Shown in pieces: positions 8,861 through 17,534 of a DNA stretch of 51,955 nt; within the stretch, counting starts at the first letter, position 1, and each line of letters starts with the position of its first letter. A model generated the notes under the pieces. The model was not told the origin of the DNA, did no database searches, and saw only the letters and a program-made list of their open reading frames with translations. Location: positions 1-51,955 of the forward strand of contig CAMHJT010000001.1 of the NCBI GenBank assembly GCA_946185495.1. The letters are read 5' to 3'. A program made the position numbers and the translations under genes. The stretch comes from an uncultured Clostridiaceae bacterium (GTDB lineage Bacteria; Bacillota; Clostridia; Lachnospirales; Lachnospiraceae).

Positions 8861-9880
8861 ATGTCATTTTCCACCAGGGTAAAAGAGGAGATTTGCAGGC
8901 ATCACTGCCAGGGCAGGCACTGCCAGATTGCTGAGCTTCTGGCGCTGGTGATGGCGCTTGGACAGATAGAGCTTAGGGAGGAGCAGGCAAGGCTTCTGGT
9001 GAAAGCGGAGAATCAGATGGCTGTGGATCAGATCATCTGGCTTTTGGACAAGCTGTTTGAAAAAGAGATTACGCCGGTAAGACACGCGCGTTATCTGGAA
9101 TTTTTTGATGAGATTCAACTCAAAAAGCTTTTGCTGACGCTGAAGCTTTCGGATTATATAGATTATCTGGAGGAGGACTGGCTGGATGAGGAAGAGCTTT
9201 TGCAGATGGAAGAGCTTCTGCAGGGCGCGGATCCTATCACCTATGTGTCCTCAAGGGGTGTATCCCTGCAGAATTGCCAGTTCCCGAAGCAGGTGATCCG
9301 GAAGGAATGCTGCAAGAAGGCATTTATTCGGGGCGTATTTCTGGCAGCCGGATCCGTCAATGATCCAAAGAAGGCGTACCATTTCGAAATCGCGCTGCAA
9401 AACGCGGAATTCGCGGGGATTGTAAAGGATATTTTATGCCAGTTCGGGCTGGATGCCAAGCTGGTGAAGAGAAAAAAATACTTTGTGGTATATTTGAAGG
9501 AGGGTTCCATGATCGTGGATGTCCTGACGATCATGGAGGCTTATGTGGGCCTGATGGACATGGAGAATGTCCGCATCCTGAAGGATATGCGCAATGATAT
9601 TAACCGCAGGGTGAACTGCGAGACGGCCAATATCAAGAAAACTGTAGATGCGGCCAGAAGGCAGATTGAGGATATAGAGTATATTGAACGAACAAAGGGT
9701 CTTAAGTATCTGAAGGAACCGCTCCGGCTTCTGGCTGAGCTGAGGCTCGAGGAACCGGATGCCAATCTGGCAGAGCTGGGAGAGATGATGGATCCGCCGG
9801 TGTCCAAATCCGGCGTGAATCATAGATTAAGAAAGATAAGCAATATCGCTAAAGCTTTAAGAGAAGATAGCCAAAAGTAA
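8861..9880 (+). CDS. whiA: DNA-binding protein WhiA
   Basis: The N-terminus is MSFSTRVKEE, followed by LAGLIDADG-like repeats and a C-terminal HTH (SKSGVNHRLRKI). The position after rapZ matches the usual synteny. Confidence 0.93.
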   Translation: MSFSTRVKEEICRHHCQGRHCQIAELLALVMALGQIELREEQARLLVKAENQMAVDQIIWLLDKLFEKEITPVRHARYLEFFDEIQLKKLLLTLKLSDYIDYLEEDWLDEEELLQMEELLQGADPITYVSSRGVSLQNCQFPKQVIRKECCKKAFIRGVFLAAGSVNDPKKAYHFEIALQNAEFAGIVKDILCQFGLDAKLVKRKKYFVVYLKEGSMIVDVLTIMEAYVGLMDMENVRILKDMRNDINRRVNCETANIKKTVDAARRQIEDIEYIERTKGLKYLKEPLRLLAELRLEEPDANLAELGEMMDPPVSKSGVNHRLRKISNIAKALREDSQK

Positions 9881-9895
9881 GGAGGAAGAAGGAAA

Positions 9896-10153
9896 ATGGT
9901 TAGTAAGGCAGTAAAGGTAAATTTGACAGAGGATGCGGAGGCGAGACCGGTAGCAGTGTTAGTGCAGAGAGCCAGCCAGTTTGACAGCAAGGTGTATGTT
10001 GAGATGTCGGACAAGCGGATCAATGCCAAGAGCATTATGGGGATGATGAGCCTGGGAATTACACAGGGTGTGGAACTCACAATCTCTGCGGACGGATCGG
10101 ATGAAGCGGAGGCGGTAGAGAATCTGACAGAGTACCTTACGCATTCAAAATAA
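9896..10153 (+). CDS. HPr-family protein, Crh-like (no His15, Ser46 retained)
   Basis: This is an 85-aa HPr fold. DAEARPV replaces the usual GIHARPA (His15 becomes Glu). The regulatory serine context INAKSIMGMMSL is kept. It lies directly after whiA, as crh does in B. subtilis. Confidence 0.85.
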   Translation: MVSKAVKVNLTEDAEARPVAVLVQRASQFDSKVYVEMSDKRINAKSIMGMMSLGITQGVELTISADGSDEAEAVENLTEYLTHSK

Positions 10154-10184
10154 ATGGAAGAATAAGATGACACGGCGGAAAAAA

Positions 10185-10236
10185 GCATTTCTGTCAGGAA
10201 TGGCGCCTTTGGGCAGCCCTGACAGGGATGCTTTTG
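10185..10236 (+). terminator. intrinsic terminator after the Crh-like gene
   Basis: GCATTTCTGTCAGG (10185-10198) pairs with CCTGACAGGGATGC (10218-10231), including G-U pairs, followed by TTTT. Confidence 0.65.
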
Positions 10237-10262
10237 TGCATTCTGGAACTTGCAGGCATAAT

Positions 10263-10291
10263 TTGACGTTTTTGTGTAAATGTGTTATAAT
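10263..10291 (+). promoter_or_regulatory. sigma-A promoter with extended -10
   Basis: TTGACG, a 17-nt spacer ending in TGT, then TATAAT. Confidence 0.65.
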
Positions 10292-10445
10292 AAGCCTAGT
10301 TTTTTTGTAGTTTTAGTAAAAATATCCTATATTTATTGGTGAAATGATGCCGTCAGGAGGCGGTAACGCTGGATTTCTGCGTGGCGATCGCATGTGTGGA
10401 CTGGAAGAGGTACCGGCAGGCAACGGTAATATATGATGTCAGGGG

Positions 10446-13400
10446 GTGGATTTTGTGGAATTTAAGAACTATGTGCAGGAAGTTACTGCAACGTTCTTGG
10501 AGAAACAGAATCGCAGGGCTATTTTCATAAAACACTACAATACACTGCATATCTCGATGGAGGAGATGCTGACCTATGTGAAGAACAGGGAGGACAGGGT
10601 GTATCTGTATCATGAATATGCCATGAACAGCATGCATTCCGCTTATGAGCCTTTTCTGGAATGGATCGGTGAGTGTTATGTGAAGTTCTACAGGGAGCAG
10701 ATGACGCCGGAGGAGTTTCTGACGGCATGCGAGGTGTATCCTATGCATATCGAACCGCTGGCGGGGTTTTTGCGGGATGGACGCTGCAGGCGTACTGAGG
10801 ATGTGCTATATTTTGAAATTGCCTACGAGACCGCGCGCATGATGGAGTCCCTCATTTCGATTTACAGTTATATCTGTAAGGAACATACGCTGGTATTTCT
10901 GCTCTCAAAGTTCCATCTGGCGCCCTGTGCGACCATTCGCCTGCTGCGGGAGCTGCTTTGTGAAAAAGTGGATTTTTATGCCATTGTCATGTATAATGAT
11001 GAATTTTTTATCGCGGACTACAGAAAAGCGAGCTGGAATGAGCTGATGGAAGATGTGGTCAGGCAGCATTTCCAGCTGGAATGGGGGCGGTTGGACAGCG
11101 AGCGCACCATTGATATGCAGGATGAACTGTGGGTGGACAAGCTGAAGCTGAAAGAATACGTTCTTTTGCTGGAGAATATGTATCATACCTTTGCACTGCG
11201 GGACGCATTCTATTACGCCAACGATATCATGTACAAGCTGGACAGGAAGATGATCCGCATTTCTCCGGAGGATCAGGTGGAGCTGATGATGCTCGCGGCC
11301 AGAATTCAGACCGGAATCGGACAGTTCAGCCAGACGCTTGTGACATGTGACAGGATGGCGGTACTGAACAGGGGACAGCGGAATGATGCTTATGTCGAGT
11401 ATCAGTACTATTACATAGCCGGACGAGCCAGAATGCACCTGGCGCAGATGGATAATGAGAGGCACGATCTTCAAAAATGCGTCGAACTCGCGGAGAAACT
11501 GGGCGATGAGCTTTTGAAATATAAGGCAGAGGTTCTGCGGTGGATCGGTGATTCCGGATTATGGAAGGGAATCTTTGATCATGATTTCCGGTATAGCAGG
11601 GATACGAAGCTGGTGGAGAAGACCAGGCAGTTTGGGTTTGACAATTTCCTGGCCTACCTGTATGTCTTCGGGTTTGAAAATGACCGCGAAAGCATCAGGG
11701 CTATTGCTAATGAAGAGATAGAACCGGTTCATTTCAATATGGGCATTGAGATCGGGGAACGTCTGGGAAATGAGAGCTTTCTGATGATGGCCTATATGAA
11801 GAATATCATCATGTATTCAGAGGAAGGCTATCATCTCTATGTGCGCAAGATGTACCAGAGAAGGCTTTCCGTGCTCAGAAAACCCAATCCTGTCAGAAGG
11901 GCGCATATGCTGGCCGGGATGGGATACAACAGTATCATTCTGGAGGAACATGAGCAGGCGTCCGTTTACCTGGTGCAGAGCATTCAGGGGCTGGTGGATC
12001 TGGATCAGCCGGACGATATCATGGATTCGCTTTATAATCTCGCGATGAATTATTTTGTGGTGGAGAGCTATGACAATGTGATTGAGGTGCTCAATCTGGT
12101 TTTGAAGATGCTTTCGGAGCTGGGACTGCAGGCGATCAAGGTTTGCAATACTTCCAAGCTTTATGGCATGCTGGCGATCAGCTATTATTATCAGGAGGAA
12201 TATTATTACAGTTATTATTATCTCAGCAAGATCGAGGTGCTGATCGAACGGCTGCTGCGGGGGACGAGCGGGCTGAGCGATACGATGTGGCGGGAGGATC
12301 TGCTGTTATACCATCTTGTCAAGGGAATGCTGTACTGCTATGAGGAACAGTGGGAGTCCTGCCAGCCGGAGATGGACGAGGTGAGGCGTTATATGTCTTC
12401 TGTCACGGGAGACCTGTTCTATATCTATCCTCTTTATGCCATGGAGCAGGCGGTCATTTACTGGAGGCAGGGACTTGACGCGGAGGCTGGACGGATTCTT
12501 CAGGAGGCGGTCGATTACTGTGAACGCGAGGGCATGCACCGCAGGATGGATGAGCTGAAGCATTTTATGGAGACGCGGGAGCACAGGAAAAACCAGCTTG
12601 GCATCCGGATTGATGAATTGCCGGTTGCTAAGATCCTTCAGGTGACAAAACAGGCGGGCATTCAGGCTAAGCTGAAGAAGCGTGAAAATGATATCGATTT
12701 TATTGCGGCCCTGCAGGAGACGATCAGCCGTGAGAACTTGACGACGGACGAACTCTTCCAGGATTTTTCTGCCGTGCTGAAAAGCGCGTACCATCTGGAC
12801 GATATCATGATCCTGCGGAGGGAGGGGGAGGAGCAGAAGGTTTTCTGTAACCATCCGGGGCTTGAACCGGACAGGGACGCGAAGGAGGAAATCTTCGCGT
12901 TTTTCAGGGACTATGGACAGCCGTTCCTGACCAACTATATAGATAAGAATTTCATGATGTTTTTGCCGATCATGAGGTATTTTGACATGGAGAGGATGGT
13001 TTCCATGATTGGCATTCCTATGCTGGAGCAGCCGGGAGTGCAGATGATCTTCCTTGCGAGCGTGAATGTGCAGGAGGATTTTGTGCGTAACAGGGAGCTT
13101 TTGAACAGTGACGATTTCCGTATTCTCAAGTTTGCCTTCAGCCAGTTCTGCGAGACCATGACGAGAATTCTGGGAAGACAGACGATCGAGCGGATGAACA
13201 AGGAGCTGGAGCAGTCTGCGATCACAGACCATCTGACAGGTATTTTCAACCGGAACGGGTTCAGTATGCAGATGGACGCGATCTGCGAGGATCGGTCAGG
13301 AGCTAGCAACGTGCTGCTGTATCTGGATTTGGATAACTTTAAGTTTTATAACGATACCTATGGCCATGATATCGGGGATCTGGTACTGGTTTCCTTTGCA

Positions 13401-13736
13401 AAGCTGTTCCGGAAACTGACGAAGGACAGGGGATTTGCCGTCCGCTATGGCGGAGACGAGTTTATCCTTCTGCTGCAGAACGGCTGCTCAAAGGACGGGG
13501 CAGGTCTGGCGGATCAGATCTATGCGGCGATCAGCGGAGGTTTCCAGGAAGAGATCCGTAAGCGTCTCAATGAGGAGATCACGATTCCTGAGAACCGTAT
13601 GATCTCCTGCTCCATTGGGATCACGGAATTTAAGAGCGGTTCCAGGGAGGCGCTGGAGGAGGCGCTGAACCGGGCGGATCAGGCGCTTTACTATATTAAG
13701 AAAAATGGGAAATCCAGATATATGATCGCAGGATAA
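10446..13736 (+). CDS. large cytoplasmic diguanylate cyclase (helical/TPR-like N-terminal ~850 aa, GAF-like domain, GGDEF)
   Basis: The C-terminus reads DHLTGIFNRNGF...DLDNFKFYNDTYGHDIGD...RYGGDEF. There is no RxxD I-site 5 residues upstream of GGDEF, and no TM segment or Walker A motif is visible. The start is GTG 10446; GTG 10455 is possible. Confidence 0.88.
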   Translation: MDFVEFKNYVQEVTATFLEKQNRRAIFIKHYNTLHISMEEMLTYVKNREDRVYLYHEYAMNSMHSAYEPFLEWIGECYVKFYREQMTPEEFLTACEVYPMHIEPLAGFLRDGRCRRTEDVLYFEIAYETARMMESLISIYSYICKEHTLVFLLSKFHLAPCATIRLLRELLCEKVDFYAIVMYNDEFFIADYRKASWNELMEDVVRQHFQLEWGRLDSERTIDMQDELWVDKLKLKEYVLLLENMYHTFALRDAFYYANDIMYKLDRKMIRISPEDQVELMMLAARIQTGIGQFSQTLVTCDRMAVLNRGQRNDAYVEYQYYYIAGRARMHLAQMDNERHDLQKCVELAEKLGDELLKYKAEVLRWIGDSGLWKGIFDHDFRYSRDTKLVEKTRQFGFDNFLAYLYVFGFENDRESIRAIANEEIEPVHFNMGIEIGERLGNESFLMMAYMKNIIMYSEEGYHLYVRKMYQRRLSVLRKPNPVRRAHMLAGMGYNSIILEEHEQASVYLVQSIQGLVDLDQPDDIMDSLYNLAMNYFVVESYDNVIEVLNLVLKMLSELGLQAIKVCNTSKLYGMLAISYYYQEEYYYSYYYLSKIEVLIERLLRGTSGLSDTMWREDLLLYHLVKGMLYCYEEQWESCQPEMDEVRRYMSSVTGDLFYIYPLYAMEQAVIYWRQGLDAEAGRILQEAVDYCEREGMHRRMDELKHFMETREHRKNQLGIRIDELPVAKILQVTKQAGIQAKLKKRENDIDFIAALQETISRENLTTDELFQDFSAVLKSAYHLDDIMILRREGEEQKVFCNHPGLEPDRDAKEEIFAFFRDYGQPFLTNYIDKNFMMFLPIMRYFDMERMVSMIGIPMLEQPGVQMIFLASVNVQEDFVRNRELLNSDDFRILKFAFSQFCETMTRILGRQTIERMNKELEQSAITDHLTGIFNRNGFSMQMDAICEDRSGASNVLLYLDLDNFKFYNDTYGHDIGDLVLVSFAKLFRKLTKDRGFAVRYGGDEFILLLQNGCSKDGAGLADQIYAAISGGFQEEIRKRLNEEITIPENRMISCSIGITEFKSGSREALEEALNRADQALYYIKKNGKSRYMIAG

Positions 13737-13744
13737 CATTGGTC

Positions 13745-13773
13745 TTGACAGGCATTGTCTGGAGTGTTATGAT
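13745..13773 (+). promoter_or_regulatory. sigma-A promoter with extended -10 for the lysine riboswitch and dapAB
   Basis: TTGACA (13745-13750), a 17-nt spacer ending in TGT, then TATGAT (13768-13773). Confidence 0.7.
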
Positions 13774-13796
13774 GGACAATTATATAGGACGTTTTC

Positions 13797-13950
13797 GTCG
13801 ATATGTAGAGGTGCGCGTTTCAAGAGTAGCAGCTGTGACAGATAAGGCTGGAGGAAGGGCTGTGAAAGGGGAAGGCGCCGAAGAGGGACATTACCTTATT
13901 TGTGTCCTGTCTGGATGCATAGTTAAGAGCTGTGTGTCTGTCACCGGGAT
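13797..13950 (+). promoter_or_regulatory. lysine riboswitch (L-box) aptamer
   Basis: GTAGAGGTGCGCGTTTCAAGAGTAGC...CTGTGAAAGGGGAAGGCGCCGAAG...TGGATGCAT...CTGTCACC matches the conserved L-box blocks (AGAGGUGCG, CAAGAGUA, GAAAGGGGA, CGCCGAAG, CUGUCA) of the B. subtilis lysC leader. It lies upstream of dapA. Confidence 0.85.
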
Positions 13951-14084
13951 CAGAGGCCGGCAGAAAGGACCGGCGCTGGGAAAACTCTGGGGGATGATAT
14001 CATCTCCGCATGGTTTTCCGGGTGGAGTGCTACGGAAGGGAAAGATCTTTACATGAAGGGATTTTTGCATGAAGAGATTTTGTG

Positions 14085-14120
14085 ACGCTTCGTTGGCACC
14101 TGCCGGCGGAGCGTTTTATA
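14085..14120 (+). terminator. candidate riboswitch expression-platform terminator
   Basis: ACGCTTCGTTGGC (14085-14097) pairs with GCCGGCGGAGCGT (14102-14114) around an ACCT loop, followed by TTTTATATT. It lies 20 nt before the dapA SD. Confidence 0.55.
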
Positions 14121-14153
14121 TTATAATAGTAATCAGGAAAAGGAGATTTGGTT

Positions 14154-15038
14154 ATGGCTATTTTTACAGGATCAGCAGTTGCATTGGTGACGCCCTTTCA
14201 GGAGAACGGGGCAGTAGATTACGAGCAGTTGAAGTCGCTGGTAGAATATCATATCGCGCATCAGACAGACGCGATCGTGATCTGCGGAACAACGGGAGAG
14301 GCTTCCACCATGACGGAGGAGGAGCATTCCGAGGTGATCCGCAAGTGCTGTGAATTTGTGGCAAAGCGGATTCCGGTGATCGCGGGTACAGGTTCAAACT
14401 GTACGGAGACAGCCGTGAAGCTTTCAAAGGAGGCGCAGGAGGCGGGCGCGGACGCGCTGCTTGTGGTGACGCCATACTACAATAAGGCGACGCAGAACGG
14501 CCTGTTCAAGCATTTCTCTACGATCGCTGAGGCGGTGGAGCTTCCGATCATTCTCTATAATGTGCCGGGCAGGACCGGCTGCAATATCCAGCCGGCTACC
14601 GCTGCAAGGCTTGCGAAGGAGGTTCCGAATATTGTCGGAATCAAGGAGGCTTCCGGCAATATTTCGCAGGTGGCGAAGCTGGCACAGCTTGTAGATGGCA
14701 AGCTGGACATTTATTCCGGTAATGATGACCAGGTGGTGCCGCTGCTGGCACTGGGCGGCAAGGGCGTGATCTCTGTGACGGCCAACATTATTCCGGAGGA
14801 TACCCACGCAATGGTCATGAAGTTCCTTGAGGGAGATACGGCGGGCTCTCTGGCGCTGCAGCTGAAGGCAATGGATCTGTGTGACGCGATGTTTTGCGAG
14901 GTGAATCCGATTCCGGTCAAGAAGGCTGTGGAGCTGGCAGGGCTTTGCAATGGATATGTGAGGATGCCTATGACGGAGGCGGAACCCGCAAGCGTGGAAA
15001 AGATCAAGAAGGCGATGCAGGACTACGGAATTCTTTAA
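14154..15038 (+). CDS. dapA: 4-hydroxy-tetrahydrodipicolinate synthase (DapA)
   Basis: GSAVALVTPF...CGTTGE...VVTPYYNK...YNVPGRTG...GIKEASG shows the typical DapA blocks. The ATG at 14154 is 8 nt after AGGAG. Confidence 0.95.
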   Translation: MAIFTGSAVALVTPFQENGAVDYEQLKSLVEYHIAHQTDAIVICGTTGEASTMTEEEHSEVIRKCCEFVAKRIPVIAGTGSNCTETAVKLSKEAQEAGADALLVVTPYYNKATQNGLFKHFSTIAEAVELPIILYNVPGRTGCNIQPATAARLAKEVPNIVGIKEASGNISQVAKLAQLVDGKLDIYSGNDDQVVPLLALGGKGVISVTANIIPEDTHAMVMKFLEGDTAGSLALQLKAMDLCDAMFCEVNPIPVKKAVELAGLCNGYVRMPMTEAEPASVEKIKKAMQDYGIL

Positions 15039-15058
15039 TAGACAGGGGAGGAAGAAGG

Positions 15059-15820
15059 ATGACACGAATGATTATGCATGGCTGCAACGGCCATATGGGT
15101 CAGGTGATCACAGCGCTTGTCGCCGCGGATCCGGAGGCGGAGATTGTTGCCGGCATTGATGTGGTGGATAACAGGGATAATGGATATCCGGTCTTTACCA
15201 ATCTGGCAGACTGTGACGTTGAAGCGGATGTGATCATTGATTTTGCCGCTGCTGCCGCGGTGGACGGGCTGCTGTATTACAGCAGGACGAGAAAGATTCC
15301 GGTGGTGTTATGTACCACGGGACTGGATGAACAGCAGCTTGCGGATATGAAGGCTGCAAGCGCGGAGGTGGCGATTTTGAAATCCGCCAATATGTCATTG
15401 GGGATCAACACGCTGCTGAAGCTGTTAAAAGACGCTGCCAGGGTGTTTGGCCCGGCGGGATTTGATATTGAGATCGTGGAGCAGCATCACAGGCTGAAGG
15501 TTGACGCGCCGAGCGGAACAGCGCTGGCCTTGGCCGATTCTGTCAATGACGCGCTGGGCGGGCAGTACGATTACGTTTACGACAGAAGCGCGAGACGGGA
15601 GAAGAGGCCGGATAAGGAGATTGGAATCTCTGCTGTGCGCGGAGGAACCATCGTGGGAGAGCATGATGTGATCTTTGCCGGAACGGATGAAGTGATCACC
15701 TTTAAGCATACAGCGTATTCTAAGTCTGTGTTCGCGAAGGGCGCCATTGAGGCCGCGAAATTTTTGGCCGGCCAGCCGGCGGGCATGTATGACATGGCAG
15801 ATGTGATCGCGGCAAAGTAA
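15059..15820 (+). CDS. dapB: 4-hydroxy-tetrahydrodipicolinate reductase (DapB)
   Basis: The motif EQHHRLKVDAPSGTA is present. The ATG at 15059 follows GGGGAGGAAGAAGG. The long upstream ORF extension overlaps dapA and is not used. Confidence 0.95.
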   Translation: MTRMIMHGCNGHMGQVITALVAADPEAEIVAGIDVVDNRDNGYPVFTNLADCDVEADVIIDFAAAAAVDGLLYYSRTRKIPVVLCTTGLDEQQLADMKAASAEVAILKSANMSLGINTLLKLLKDAARVFGPAGFDIEIVEQHHRLKVDAPSGTALALADSVNDALGGQYDYVYDRSARREKRPDKEIGISAVRGGTIVGEHDVIFAGTDEVITFKHTAYSKSVFAKGAIEAAKFLAGQPAGMYDMADVIAAK

Positions 15821-15844
15821 GAGGATAGGGCGGCGCTGCAATAC

Positions 15845-15882
15845 AAAAAAGCTTTCGGGTATAGGTATCCGAAAGCTTTTTT
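15845..15882. terminator. bidirectional intrinsic terminator between convergent genes
   Basis: AAAAAAGCTTTCGG-GTATAGGTAT-CCGAAAGCTTTTTT has an A-run on one side and a T-run on the other. Confidence 0.85.
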
Positions 15883-15911
15883 ATTGCGGAGCCGTCGGAA
15901 AAATGACGGCT

Positions 15912-17279
15912 TCAGGCATCTGTGTTGTGGAAGCAGACTTTATTTCTGCCGTGGTTTTTTGCTTCATAGAGGGAGTTGTCAGCCATCTTGAAAAGAGTGT
16001 CCGCCGTGACACCGTCATCGCCGAAGGCTACGCCAACGCTGACGGAGAGGGGAGGAACCCCGTCTCCAAGGTTTTCTTTGAGGTTTTCATTGATCTTGTT
16101 GATCTTGCGTTCAATCAGCTCCTTCAGGGAGGGATCTGAATGTACCATGATGACGGCAAATTCGTCGCCGCCGATCCGGCATACATAGTCCTGGTTGCGG
16201 AAGCTTCCAAACATGGATTCGGAGACGCGGATGATGGCTTTGTCACCGATGGCATGTCCGTACTTGTCGTTGATCTGTTTGAAATGGTCCATATCAAACA
16301 GCAGCAGGGCAGAGGTCTCCAGATCCACATTGCTGAGCAGGAAATCATACCCCCGGCGGTTATAGAGGTTGGTCAGTTTGTCGTGGGTTGCCTCGTAGGT
16401 CAGCTTCTCCCGGTTCTGCAGATTGGTGTGGTACATCAGGTTGTAGGTTTTGGCCAAAAACCGGATCTCGTAGGCACCCTCTAAGGGGATGTCCCTCTCG
16501 TCCCGGATCAGGTTCACGCATTTGCGCAGCGGAACAATGATCATAAAGGAGGTCAGCATGACGATGCCAAGCATGACGACAATGAGCAGTATCGTGAGGA
16601 TGTGCTCGATCCATACCTGGTGGCGGAGCTTTTCGGAAATCTCCAGCTGTCCGGCCTTCATCTCATCCTCGAGGCTGTCCAGACAGTTTTGCATATGCTT
16701 GGAGATGGTATGCTTCTGTGACTGGTATTCCTCGCCGAACATATAATGCTCCGCGAGTTCTTTTTTCTTCTCTTTGGACAGGTTGAGATCCCGCGCCTCC
16801 AGAGAAATACCCCGGATCTCTTCGGGATAGGAGGATATATCATAGCCATAGGCGTCCGCGGCCAGACGGGCGGCGTAGTATTCCCGCTTCATGAGCTCCA
16901 GGGATTGTTCCATGGCGTTGTTCAGATCATGAAAGGCAACGGAATCTTCATGATGCGCTTTTAAGTCTTCCAGCGCGTGATCCCGCCTTTTGGACACCTT
17001 GGCTTCCTTGAAGTAGTTGCCGAGGCATTCCTTTTTACCGGTCACGACAAAGCAGCGCATCTCTTCCGTCAGGTAATCGGAAGCGATCTGCAGCTCATAG
17101 GAGCTCTGTCTCCAGCTGATCAGATTCTCTGTGATCTTATGCGTATTCTGGTACATCACATTGGTGCGGTACATAGCGATAAACAGGACGATGGAAATCA
17201 GGATTGCAAGAGCAAGCATGACATAGTTGAGCTTCTGCAGGGATATGCCGTGTTTTCTGATATGATCCAAGTATTTCAA
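15912..17279 (-). CDS. membrane-anchored diguanylate cyclase (2 TM, extracytoplasmic sensor region, GGDEF)
   Basis: HDKLTNLYNRRGY...DMDHFKQINDKYGHAIGD...RIGGDEF, with an RNQD I-site 5 residues upstream of GGDEF. The start is TTG, 9 nt after GGAGG. Confidence 0.9.
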   Translation of the reverse strand: MKYLDHIRKHGISLQKLNYVMLALAILISIVLFIAMYRTNVMYQNTHKITENLISWRQSSYELQIASDYLTEEMRCFVVTGKKECLGNYFKEAKVSKRRDHALEDLKAHHEDSVAFHDLNNAMEQSLELMKREYYAARLAADAYGYDISSYPEEIRGISLEARDLNLSKEKKKELAEHYMFGEEYQSQKHTISKHMQNCLDSLEDEMKAGQLEISEKLRHQVWIEHILTILLIVVMLGIVMLTSFMIIVPLRKCVNLIRDERDIPLEGAYEIRFLAKTYNLMYHTNLQNREKLTYEATHDKLTNLYNRRGYDFLLSNVDLETSALLLFDMDHFKQINDKYGHAIGDKAIIRVSESMFGSFRNQDYVCRIGGDEFAVIMVHSDPSLKELIERKINKINENLKENLGDGVPPLSVSVGVAFGDDGVTADTLFKMADNSLYEAKNHGRNKVCFHNTDA

Positions 17280-17462
17280 AATGAAAGACCTCCTTCTTCG
17301 GCGTGGATTTTGATGCGGCTGTTACAAACCGCATCGTAGCTTTTGTATATACAATTGTGTCAATATACTTCATTTACACTTTATTTATATCGGAATTCTT
17401 CTATAATATATATAGTGGTATTTACATGTAATGTTAAAAATTTGTGAATATTCGTAAAATTT

Positions 17463-17491
17463 CTTTTTATCCGTATAAAATGTGGTATAAT
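17463..17491 (+). promoter_or_regulatory. extended -10 promoter for the ABC operon
   Basis: AATGTGGTATAAT (TGnTATAAT) with a weak -35. The same 12-mer ATGTGGTATAAT occurs at 32171-32182, upstream of pssA. Confidence 0.5.
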
Positions 17492-17534
17492 CACAAAAGA
17501 TTATCGGTAACATGCGGGACTGGAGGATGAGATA

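Noticed and set aside
14018-14036. The T-box-like sequence GGGTGGAGTGCTACGG downstream of the L-box, suggesting a tandem T-box.
   Set aside because: Only GGGTGG matches the conserved T-box core (GGGTGGTACCGCG). I could not find a specifier-loop, AG-bulge or GNUGGA element upstream.
13739-14056. A 105-codon plus-strand ORF, and the 94-codon ORF at 14069-14353.
   Set aside because: They overlap the lysine riboswitch, its expression platform and the dapA 5' end. Neither has an SD, and the sequence is fully explained as a structured leader.
14894-15058. A 55-codon N-terminal extension of the dapB ORF.
   Set aside because: It overlaps the dapA 3' end in another frame. The ATG at 15059 has a strong SD and gives the conserved DapB N-terminus.
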